From an uncultured Christensenella sp. (GTDB taxonomy: Bacteria > Bacillota > Clostridia > Christensenellales > Borkfalkiaceae), in NCBI GenBank assembly GCA_910578065.1, contig CAJTPB010000009.1:17149-81148 (forward strand): a DNA stretch of 64,000 nt. The letters run 5' to 3'. Shown one piece after another: positions 8,120-16,329 of the stretch. The notes under the pieces were generated by a model, which saw only the letters and a list, made by a program, of their open reading frames with translations, was not told the origin of the DNA and made no database searches. Position numbers and translations under genes: made by a program. Every line of letters begins with the position of its first letter. Positions within the stretch are counted from its first letter, which is position 1.

Positions 8120-10072
8120 ATGGAACAAAAAAAATACTATATTACTACGCCCATTTACTATCCCAGCGGGAACTGGCATATCGGGCACTGCTATACTACG
8201 GTGATCTGCGATGCGCTCGCCCGTTTCCATAAAATGCTGGGCGAAGACGTATTTTTTTTAACGGGCACCGACGAGCACGGGCAGAAGATCGAAAAAGAAG
8301 CGGCAAAGCGGGGCGTAACGCCGTTGCAGTTTATCGATCCGCTCGTCGCGCAGTTAAAAGACATGTGGAAACTTTTGGATATTTCGTACGATCGCTTTAT
8401 CCGCACGACGGACGAAGACCACGTGCAATGCGTACAAAAAATCTATCAAAAGCTGTACGAAAGCGGGGATATTTACAAGGCGGAATATGCGGGTTGGTAC
8501 TGCACCCCGTGCGAAAGCATGTGGACGGAAGCGCAGCTGAAAGGGGGCAAGTGCCCCGACTGCGGCAGAGAGGTTAAGCTGCAAAAGGAAGAAAGCTATT
8601 TCTTCCGCCTTTCCAAATACGCGCCCAAAATTTTAAAGCTGTACGAGGAGAATCCCGAATTTTTACAGCCCAAATCGCGCGTGAATGAAATGGTAAACAA
8701 CTTTTTAAAAGCGGGCTTGCAAGATTTGTGCGTTTCGCGTACAACGGTAAAATGGGGGGTTCCCCTGCCGTTCGATCGCAACCATTATGCGTATGTGTGG
8801 ATCGACGCGCTTTCCAACTATATTTCCGCGTTGGGATACCTTTCCGAAGACGATTCGCTGTTCCGCAAGTATTGGGCGGCAGACTTGCACTTGGTAGGCA
8901 AAGAGATCGTGCGCTTCCACGCCATTATCTGGCCTGCTATTTTAATGGCGCTCGGCGTGCCCGTGCCCAAACAGGTATACGGTCACGGCTGGCTTTTGAT
9001 CGGCGGGGAAAAGCTGAGTAAGAGCAAATCCGATGCGGTTAAAACGGAACTCGCCGACCCGTACGAACTGGTAAAGCGGTACGGTGCGGACGCGGTGCGT
9101 TACTTTTTATTGCGCGAAATTCCTTTCGGCAGCGACGGCGAGTATACCAACGAAAAGCTGTTGGCGCGCATCAATTCCGATCTTGCCAACGATTTGGGCA
9201 ATTTGGTTTCGCGCACGACTGCGATGATCGGGCAGTACTTCGGCGGAGCGCTTCCCGCGCGCGGAAAGGAAGAAGGAACGGACGGCGAGTTGATTGCAAC
9301 GGCAAACGGGCTGTTTGCACGGGTAAGATCGGCGATGGATCGGTTGAACGCGCCCGAAGCGCTTTCCGAAATTTTCGCCGTCGTTTCCCGCGCGAATAAA
9401 TATATCGACGAAACGACGCCCTGGATCCTCGCCAAAGACGAGGGCAAGCGCGCGCGGCTGGGCGGGGTGCTTTACAACCTTGCGGAAACGGTGCGTATTT
9501 GCGCGGTAATGTTAAAGCCGTTCTTAACACAGGCGCCCGCGCAAATCTTGCGCAGCCTTTCTTACGACGAAAACGCGGGGTTGGAATCCGCCGTATTCGG
9601 CGGGCTGCAAGCGGGCGCGAAGATCGAAAAACTGCCCCCTATCTTCCCGCGGATCGACATAAAAAAAGAACTGAAAGAAGTGGAACAGCTTGTGCTGTCG
9701 TTAAAAAAAGCGCAAAAGCAAGAAGGGGAAAAAGAGCAAAAAATCGCGCAAATTTCCATCGAAGATTTTGCAAAAACGCAATTACAAATCGGCGAAATTA
9801 TTGCGTGCGAAAGGGTTGCAAAGTCGGAAAAATTACTGCACGAAACGGTAAAGGTAGGCGGGGAGATCCGCTCCGTCGTTTCGGGAATCGCAAAGTATTA
9901 CACGCCCGAAGAAATGGTGGGCAAAAAGGTAGTGCTCGTTACCAATTTAAAGCCTGTTAAGCTGTGCGGCGTTCTTTCCGAAGGAATGATCCTCTGCGCC
10001 GAAAACGCAGACGGAACGCTTTCCCTTCTCTCGCCCGAACGGGATACGGAAAGCGGCGCGAAGGTGCGTTGA
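8120..10072 (+). CDS. metG: Methionine--tRNA ligase with a C-terminal tRNA-binding (EMAP/Trbp111) domain
   Basis: MEQKKYYITTPIYYPSGNWHIGHCYTT (HIGH region), KLSKSK (KMSKS), zinc knuckle CTPC...CPDC, and C-terminal IEDFAKTQLQIGEI. Confidence 0.95.
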   Translation: MEQKKYYITTPIYYPSGNWHIGHCYTTVICDALARFHKMLGEDVFFLTGTDEHGQKIEKEAAKRGVTPLQFIDPLVAQLKDMWKLLDISYDRFIRTTDEDHVQCVQKIYQKLYESGDIYKAEYAGWYCTPCESMWTEAQLKGGKCPDCGREVKLQKEESYFFRLSKYAPKILKLYEENPEFLQPKSRVNEMVNNFLKAGLQDLCVSRTTVKWGVPLPFDRNHYAYVWIDALSNYISALGYLSEDDSLFRKYWAADLHLVGKEIVRFHAIIWPAILMALGVPVPKQVYGHGWLLIGGEKLSKSKSDAVKTELADPYELVKRYGADAVRYFLLREIPFGSDGEYTNEKLLARINSDLANDLGNLVSRTTAMIGQYFGGALPARGKEEGTDGELIATANGLFARVRSAMDRLNAPEALSEIFAVVSRANKYIDETTPWILAKDEGKRARLGGVLYNLAETVRICAVMLKPFLTQAPAQILRSLSYDENAGLESAVFGGLQAGAKIEKLPPIFPRIDIKKELKEVEQLVLSLKKAQKQEGEKEQKIAQISIEDFAKTQLQIGEIIACERVAKSEKLLHETVKVGGEIRSVVSGIAKYYTPEEMVGKKVVLVTNLKPVKLCGVLSEGMILCAENADGTLSLLSPERDTESGAKVR

Positions 10073-10836
10073 TGTATTTGGATATTCACGCGCACTTTGC
10101 GGAAGAGGGGTACGACGAACGGGAAGAACTTAATAAAATCGCGCGCGCGGGGGTGGAAAAAATCGTGCTCGCCTCGGACACGGTAGCCCATTCTTTTACC
10201 CATGCCCGCATTGCGGCGGTAAATTGCGGCGTATATTTTACGGCGGGCGTGCATCCTTCCGAATGCGCGGCATATTCCCAAGAGGCGCGGCAAACGCTGT
10301 TTGCGCTCTGCGCGGAAGAAAAATGCGTTGCCGTGGGGGAGATCGGGCTGGACTATCATTATCCCGGTTTCGATAAGCAAAAACAACGGGAAGCGTTCCT
10401 TTCGCAAATTCTTCTTGCCGAACAGGCGCGCCTTCCCGTGCAGATTCATTCGCGCGATTGCGCCGAAGATATGCTTTGCATTTTGCGCGAAATGAAGACG
10501 CATTTACGCTTTGGATTTCTGCTCCACTGCTATTCGCACGGGGCGCAGATGATGGACGATTTTTTATCGCTCGGCGCGTACTTTTCTTTCGGCGGCGTTA
10601 CCTGTTTTCACAATGCGAAAAAGGTGTGCGAAAGCGTAAAACGCTGCCCTGCCGAACGGCTGCTTTCCGAAACGGACAGCCCTTACCTTTCCCCCTTCCG
10701 CGGGGAGAAAAACACGCCCGCGAACATTCCCGTTATCGTAAAGCGCATTGCCCAACTGCGCGAGGAAGAGGAAGAAAGGATGAAAAATCAAATTGCGGAA
10801 AACGCGCTTAGGCTTTTTCCCAAACTCGGAGGATAA
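10072..10836 (+). CDS. tatD: TatD family metal-dependent hydrolase/DNase
   Basis: MYLDIHAHF..., GEIGLDYHY, PVQIHSRD, SETDSPYL. Its start overlaps the metG stop (TGATG). Confidence 0.9.
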   Translation: MYLDIHAHFAEEGYDEREELNKIARAGVEKIVLASDTVAHSFTHARIAAVNCGVYFTAGVHPSECAAYSQEARQTLFALCAEEKCVAVGEIGLDYHYPGFDKQKQREAFLSQILLAEQARLPVQIHSRDCAEDMLCILREMKTHLRFGFLLHCYSHGAQMMDDFLSLGAYFSFGGVTCFHNAKKVCESVKRCPAERLLSETDSPYLSPFRGEKNTPANIPVIVKRIAQLREEEEERMKNQIAENALRLFPKLGG

Positions 10837-11439
10837 ATGGATACCTACACTTACTCGATCGGAAACAATTTATACGTCAATCTTACCAATCGCTGTTCCA
10901 ACCGCTGCGCCTTTTGCGTACGCGATCAAAGCGCGCAGTACGAGGGGTATTCCCTTTGGCTGAAAGGGGAAGAGCCTTCCGCCGAACAGATTATCGAACA
11001 GATCGGCGATCCCGCCCGCTATGCGGAAATCGTATTCTGCGGATACGGCGAGCCGACTTATCGGTTGGAAGATATGCTTGCGGTTTGCAAAGCGGTGCAC
11101 GAAAAGGGGGGCAAAACGCGGCTGAATACCAACGGGCACGGAAGCGCGTTGAACGGGCGGGATATCGCGCCCGAACTGAAAGGGCATTTAGACGGCGTGA
11201 ATATCTCTTTAAACGCGCCTAACGAAAAAGATTATAATAAAATTTGCCGCCCGCAGATAGAAAACGCGTTCGGGGAAATGTTGGCGTTTGCAAAGTCGTG
11301 CAAAGAAAGCGGTGTAAACTGTTGGTTTTCCGCGGTGGACTGCATCGGCGAAGAAAAAATCGCCGACTGTTACGCGCTGGCGCAGTCGGTCGGCATTCCC
11401 TTGCACGTTAGGGAAATGATCGAAAATAAACGCAAATAA
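10837..11439 (+). CDS. Radical SAM protein of the TatD-associated type
   Basis: CSNRCAFC (CxxxCxxC) near the N-terminus, ~200 aa, directly downstream of tatD. Confidence 0.8.
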   Translation: MDTYTYSIGNNLYVNLTNRCSNRCAFCVRDQSAQYEGYSLWLKGEEPSAEQIIEQIGDPARYAEIVFCGYGEPTYRLEDMLAVCKAVHEKGGKTRLNTNGHGSALNGRDIAPELKGHLDGVNISLNAPNEKDYNKICRPQIENAFGEMLAFAKSCKESGVNCWFSAVDCIGEEKIADCYALAQSVGIPLHVREMIENKRK

Positions 11440-11560
11440 AAAGTCGGAGGGTCGGAAAAAGGCTGCTCGCCTTACCGACCCTCTTGTTCTTTTGATCGGG
11501 AACGTTCCGTCCCCGTAACAGCAGTATGTGCAGGGCGGCGCGGTTTATCAGAGGAAAATT

Positions 11561-12400
11561 ATGGCAGAGTTAAAAGAGGTTTTGGCAAAATACGGCTTTT
11601 CGTTTAAAAAGCAGTTCGGGCAAAATTTTATTGCGGACGGAAATTTGCTCCGCGCGATCGCGGCGGACGCCGGCGTAGACGAAAATACGACGGTGCTCGA
11701 AATCGGTCCGGGCGCGGGCACGCTTACGCGCGAACTTTCCGCCTGCGCGAAAAAGGTGGTCGCGTACGAAATCGATCGAACGTTACAGCCGATTTTAGAC
11801 GAAACGCTGGCAGACTGCCCCAATGTTCAAGTGATTTTCGGCGATTTTGCAAAGGCGAATTTGCCCGAACTCGAAAAGCAGTTGGGCGAATATATCGTAG
11901 TCGCCAATCTGCCCTATTACGTTACGACGCCCGTCGTTATGCGGTTTGCCGAAGAGGCAAAAAAGTGCAAGCGGCTTACCGTTATGGTACAGGAAGAGGT
12001 CGCGGAACGCTTTTGCGCGCAGGCAGGCAGTTCGCAGTACGGCGCAGTAACGGCGGCGCTCGCCCGCGTTGGGGAATGCCGCATTACGCGCAAGGTTTCG
12101 CGCAATCTGTTTACGCCCCGCCCGAACGTCGATTCGGCTGTGGTCAGATTGGATTTTATACCAAACAAGATTCCCGTATTAAGTGAAAAGGCTTATCGAT
12201 TTGCGGTGCGCTGCGCCTTTTTAAACCGCCGAAAAACGCTGGAAAACAACGTGATGCACGCATGCCGTATTTCGCGCGAACAGGCGAAAGAACTGCTCGC
12301 GCAAGCGAATATCGAAGGGCATGTCCGCGGTGAAACGCTTTCCCCGCACGATTTAGCGCGCCTTTCCGATTTGCTTTATCAACAGGGCTATATTAAATAA
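11561..12400 (+). CDS. rsmA: 16S rRNA (adenine1518/1519-N6)-dimethyltransferase
   Basis: KKQFGQNFIADGNLL, VLEIGPGAGTLT, ANLPYYVTTP. Confidence 0.9.
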   Translation: MAELKEVLAKYGFSFKKQFGQNFIADGNLLRAIAADAGVDENTTVLEIGPGAGTLTRELSACAKKVVAYEIDRTLQPILDETLADCPNVQVIFGDFAKANLPELEKQLGEYIVVANLPYYVTTPVVMRFAEEAKKCKRLTVMVQEEVAERFCAQAGSSQYGAVTAALARVGECRITRKVSRNLFTPRPNVDSAVVRLDFIPNKIPVLSEKAYRFAVRCAFLNRRKTLENNVMHACRISREQAKELLAQANIEGHVRGETLSPHDLARLSDLLYQQGYIK

Positions 12401-12458
12401 ATCGCTTTAAAAGCACGTAAAATGCGCCTATATGAGCAATGCCGAAATACAATCATCA

Positions 12459-12497
12459 AACGCGCCGCCCGAATATTCGGGCGGCGCGTGCCGTTTA
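12459..12497 (+). terminator. Rho-independent terminator after rsmA
   Basis: CGCGCCGCCCGAA-TAT-TTCGGGCGGCGCG, a 13-bp stem. Confidence 0.75.
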
Positions 12498-12770
12498 AAA
12501 TGGAATTTGTTTAGGTAACCTCAGTTGATTATAAGGCGGCGTTTTCTGCGCCTTGCGGCTGTAAAATATCGGCTGCTTATAGCGCAATATGTTTATTATG
12601 TAGTGGTAATTCCTGCGTCTTGCAGCCGTAACTTATCGGTCGCTTATAGCACAATTTGTTTATCATTTCAGTTACGGGAACGGGGAAACATCGTTGGTTA
12701 TAAGAAGGTGTTACACTATTTCGAAGCTGTAACTTATCGGTCGCTTATAACGGAATTTGTTTATAATCCC
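12498..12770. repeat. Decaying direct repeats derived from the 3' end of the PHP phosphatase gene
   Basis: GC.GTAA..TATCGG..GCTTATA.C..AAT.TGTTTAT.AT occurs at ~12557, ~12621 and ~12725 (the last overlaps the CDS end). A partial copy lies at ~12498. Confidence 0.6.
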
Positions 12771-13572
12771 CGCATACGGGAACGGTCAAATGCGTATAGC
12801 CTATTTGCTTTAAGGCGGTTATTACTTCTTCCCGTTTATCGCAGATGCGCGTCGTTTCGTGCGCGTCGGAACCGTAAGAAACGAGAGTTCCGCCCAACGA
12901 GCGGTAACGCCGTAAAATATCGCAATCGGGCAAAAAGACGCTTTGCGCGCCGCGCGGCGAAGTGTTTATTTCTAAAATTTTACCCTTTGCAATCAGCGTT
13001 TTTAAAATGTCGTCGTATTCGTTCGCGTAATCTTCGTACCGTATTTTCGGGTCTGCGTAAGGCGCTTTGCGCGAAACGTATCCGATATGCGCGACGATAT
13101 CGTATGGGTACGGCGCTTCTAAACTTTCCCGAATGCGGTTTAAGTAAGCGCGGTAAGCGTAATTTTTGCTCTTTCCCGTAAAATATTCGGGCGACATACA
13201 TTCCTCGCCGTCGCAGGTGTGCACGCTGTTGATCACATAGTCGGGGCGAAACCGTTCGACCAGTTCGCCGTATTCTTCGAAGCAGCGCGCAAGGGGGGCA
13301 AACCCGAACTCTCCGCCCGCAAGCAAACGGAAGTCCGCCGTCTGCGCGGTTTGCTGCAAACGACGGATTTCGTCAAAGTATTTTTCCGCATCCGTCATGG
13401 GAATGGTGCTTCCGCAATACGTAATGCTCTGTGCGCGGTAATCGTAATCGAAGTGTTCGTTTATGCCGTAATAGCGAATGCCGCGTTTTTGCGCCGCCGT
13501 CACCATATCGCAAAGCGGGCTTCTTCCGTCTGCCGAATAAGCGGAATGCGTGTGCATGTCTGTGAGTATCAT
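12745..13572 (-). CDS. PHP-domain histidinol-phosphatase family protein (HisJ/HisK type)
   Basis: MILTDMHTHSAYSADG..., INEHFDY, VAHIGY, SYGSDAHE metal-binding motifs. Confidence 0.8.
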   Translation of the reverse strand: MILTDMHTHSAYSADGRSPLCDMVTAAQKRGIRYYGINEHFDYDYRAQSITYCGSTIPMTDAEKYFDEIRRLQQTAQTADFRLLAGGEFGFAPLARCFEEYGELVERFRPDYVINSVHTCDGEECMSPEYFTGKSKNYAYRAYLNRIRESLEAPYPYDIVAHIGYVSRKAPYADPKIRYEDYANEYDDILKTLIAKGKILEINTSPRGAQSVFLPDCDILRRYRSLGGTLVSYGSDAHETTRICDKREEVITALKQIGYTHLTVPVCGDYKQIPL

Positions 13573-13628
13573 AGCCGCATTGTATCAGCTTTTCCGCCGA
13601 ATGTCAAGCGCGCGGAATTTTTCTTCCG

Positions 13629-14546
13629 TTACAATACTCTGCGCGAGGTGATATAGTAGCTCCAACGCGTTGCCGAAATCTGTTCGATCTTCGCATAGTC
13701 GGAAGCCGTGTGCAAAATATAGTTTTCGCCCAGATACAGCGCAACGTGTCCGATCCGTTCCACCCCCGTTTTGTTATAGCGGGAAGCGTTGGTAAAGAAC
13801 ATCAAGTCGCCCCGTTTCAGATTTTCCTTTTTTACGGGCTGCCCCTGCGAAACCTGCGTGCGGGTAGTGGTGTTCAGCAGCACGCCCGCGCCCTCGTAAA
13901 AGATATACTGCATTAAGGAAGAGCAGTCGAACTGTTTCACCGTAAAGCCCTTTAAAAAGTTGCCTTTTCCGTCGTGCAGGCGCACGGCGCCGTACACATA
14001 AGGAACGCCCAGTCTGCGCAGCCCTTCGTCGATCACGTTTTCTACGTCTTCTTCGCCTTTATCCAGAACGGTTACGGAAGTATACGCCGTGTTCGCGCTG
14101 ATATAAGCGGTTCTGCCTTTATAATACGTTTCGTACCAATCGCCTACCTTGCCCGTATATTTTAACAGTACGTCTTTTTCTACCGTGCCAAGCGAGGTGT
14201 GCGCGGTTCCCGCGCCTGCCCGCACGTTTACGCCGTTGTGGTGCACGTATACATATTGCGCTTTTACGGGTTTGGGCGGTTCGGGTTCGGGCTCCGGTTC
14301 CGGTTCGGGAAGGGGATCTTCCGCGGCGGGGGGATCGGTTTCTTCCGATTGATCGGGTTGTTCCGGCTCCGCAGGCGTTTCGCCTTCAACGGGCGGCGCC
14401 TCTTCGGGAATATCTTCGGGGAAAAGGGAGGGGATATCGATTTCCTCTTCCTTTTCGGGTACATACGAATCCGCGTTCTCGGAACACGCACCGAGCGGGA
14501 CGGATAAAAGCAGTGCGGCGAGCGCGACTGCGAACGTCTTTTTCAT
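13629..14546 (-). CDS. Secreted NlpC/P60 cell-wall endopeptidase lipoprotein with a Pro/Glu-rich linker and an SH3b domain
   Basis: AGGAGG RBS, ATG at 14546, lipobox LGAC, PEPEPEPEPEPP linker, then FDCSSLMQYIF ... GHVALYLG (Cys/His catalytic pair). Confidence 0.85.
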   Translation of the reverse strand: MKKTFAVALAALLLSVPLGACSENADSYVPEKEEEIDIPSLFPEDIPEEAPPVEGETPAEPEQPDQSEETDPPAAEDPLPEPEPEPEPEPPKPVKAQYVYVHHNGVNVRAGAGTAHTSLGTVEKDVLLKYTGKVGDWYETYYKGRTAYISANTAYTSVTVLDKGEEDVENVIDEGLRRLGVPYVYGAVRLHDGKGNFLKGFTVKQFDCSSLMQYIFYEGAGVLLNTTTRTQVSQGQPVKKENLKRGDLMFFTNASRYNKTGVERIGHVALYLGENYILHTASDYAKIEQISATRWSYYITSRRVL

Positions 14547-14727
14547 ACTTAAATCCTCCTGTTTGGCTGTTTTTCGGCGGGGATATGTGAAGTTCCTTCG
14601 CCGTGGAACTATCGTATCAGAAAATATACGCAAATACAAGTATTTCGGGCTGGTGAGTTACAGGAAAAAGCGGCAAAATTTGGAAGTTGAGTTTGCCCAA
14701 TTTCAAGCAATGTGATATACTGCTATC

Positions 14728-15026
14728 GGGCAAAAACTTTTATATATTCGGTTGCGTTCCGGCGCAGGTTCTGCCAACGCTCATTCGCATTACTTAACGG
14801 CTTCGGGTGACGATAACGGTATGTTGGCGCTAACGCCAAATTGTCTGCGGCCGCGCGCTTCGTCCCGACCGTTCAAAAACGGAACCTTGAGAACTCGCAT
14901 TGTAGCATACATGCGGGCAGTGAGATGGGGCAAGAAGGGGTTTTTGTCCTGCGCTCGAAAAGAGCCGAATTTGCGTTCAACCGAACTTGCGGCGAAATCT
15001 GCGGGAAAAACGGTTGAACTTTTTTT
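14728..15026 (+). ncRNA. Array unit A (candidate structured RNA / non-canonical sORF transcript); cassette 14764-14841
   Basis: TGaTATACT at 14713-14721. Stem CTCGCAT/ATGCGGG at 14894-14900/14911-14917. Type-1 terminator ending in T7 at 15020-15026. 5' end predicted, not mapped. Confidence 0.5.
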
Positions 15027-15049
15027 GTGCGGCATGGTATCATAAAAAC

Positions 15050-15346
15050 GGGCAAAATCTTTTAGATTCCTGGTTGCGTTCCGGTCACGACGGTACGAAT
15101 TCTCGAGGATTATATCTGACTGCATCCGAAGACCGTGATAGCATTTCGGTAGTAACGCCGTATTGTCTGCGGCCCGCGCTTCGCTCTGACCGTTCAAAAC
15201 GGGAACTTGTGAACTTGCATTGTGGCGTACATGCAGGCAGTGAGATGGGGCAAGAAGGGATTTTTGTCCTGTGCTCGAAAAGAGCCGAATTTGCGTTCAA
15301 CCGAACTTGCGGCGAAATCTGCGGGAAAAACGGTTGAACTTTTTTT
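15050..15346 (+). ncRNA. Array unit B; cassette 15086-15163
   Basis: TGgTATCAT at 15035-15043. Stem CTTGCAT/ATGCAGG at 15214-15220/15231-15237. Type-1 terminator with T7. Confidence 0.5.
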
Positions 15347-15369
15347 GTGCGGTATGGTATCATAAAAAC

Positions 15370-15667
15370 GGGCAAAATCTTTTAAATTCCTGGTTGCGTT
15401 CCGGCCTTATTGCTTACACGAGGGATTCCCATTGTTTGACCGCTACCGGTGATCTTAACTTTGCTACCGTGGGTACGCCGAATTGTCTGCGGCCCGCGCT
15501 TCGCTCCGACCGTTCGAAAACGGGAACTCGTGCACCTGCATTGTGGCGTACATGCAGGCAGTGAGATGGGGCAAGAAGGGATTTTTGTCCTGTGCTCGAA
15601 AAGAGCCGAACCCGATCCGACCGAATCCGCGGCGTAAAATTCTGCGGAAAAAAGCGGTCGGATTTTT
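15370..15667 (+). ncRNA. Array unit C; cassette 15406-15483
   Basis: TGgTATCAT at 15355-15363. Stem CCTGCAT/ATGCAGG at 15535-15541/15552-15558. Type-2 terminator GATCCGACCG...CGGTCGGAT with T5. Confidence 0.5.
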
Positions 15668-15690
15668 CGAATTGTGATATAATCATTTAC

Positions 15691-15986
15691 GGGCAAAAAC
15701 TTTTATGTATTCGGTTGCGTTCCGGCTATGAATTTAATACAAACACTGCGTTTCACACGACTGCATCGGGTTTTTATGACAGTGTTTCAGTTCTTACGCC
15801 GAATTGTCTGCGGCCGCGCTTCGCTCCGACCGTTCAAAACGGGAATTTGTGAACTTGTATTGTAAGATACGTGCAGGCAGTAAGATGGGGCAAGAAGGGG
15901 TTTTTGTCCTGCGCTCGAAAAGAGCCGAATTTGCGTTCAACCGAACTTGCGGCGAAATCTGCGGGGAAAACGGTTGAACTTTTTTT
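15691..15986 (+). ncRNA. Array unit D; cassette 15727-15804
   Basis: TGaTATAAT at 15675-15683. Stem CTTGTAT/GTGCAGG at 15854-15860/15871-15877. Type-1 terminator with T7. Confidence 0.5.
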
Positions 15987-16009
15987 GTGCGGTATGGTAT
16001 CATAAAAAC

Positions 16010-16308
16010 GGGCAAAATCTTTTAAATTCCTGGTTGCGTTCCGGCAATCCTCATAACGCGACGGTTTCCTATTATGTGACCGCCGTAGGTGACTATAATG
16101 ATAGTACGGTAGTAACGGCAAATTGTCTGCGGCCCACGCTTCGCCCGACTGTTCAAAAACGGAAACTCGTGCACCTGCATTGTAGCATACGTGCAGGCAG
16201 TGAGATGGGGCAAGAAGGGGTTTTGTCCTGCGCTCGTAAAAGGGCCGAAACCGATCCGACCGTTTCCGCGGCGTAAAAAATTTGCGGAAAAGTACGGTCG
16301 GATCTTTC
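16010..16308 (+). ncRNA. Array unit E; cassette 16046-16123
   Basis: TGgTATCAT at 15995-16003. Stem CCTGCAT/GTGCAGG at 16174-16180/16191-16197. Type-2 terminator with a weak T-run. Confidence 0.5.
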
Positions 16309-16329
16309 GAATTGTGATATAATAAAGGC

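Noticed and set aside
14925-15017. A conserved AUG-initiated sORF in the 3' domain (MGQEG(I/V)FVL..., 23-30 aa), present in most units
   Set aside because: Its C-terminus differs completely between the two terminator types. A 1-nt insertion in unit F shifts the frame and extends the ORF into unrelated sequence. The AUG follows GUGAG with no usable spacing. The conservation is better explained by the RNA stems.
15240-15290. A hammerhead-like or other small self-cleaving ribozyme core (GUGAGAUG ... CUCGAAAAGAGC)
   Set aside because: The CUGAUGA box and the required three-helix junction are absent. Only a generic GAAA-loop hairpin is present.
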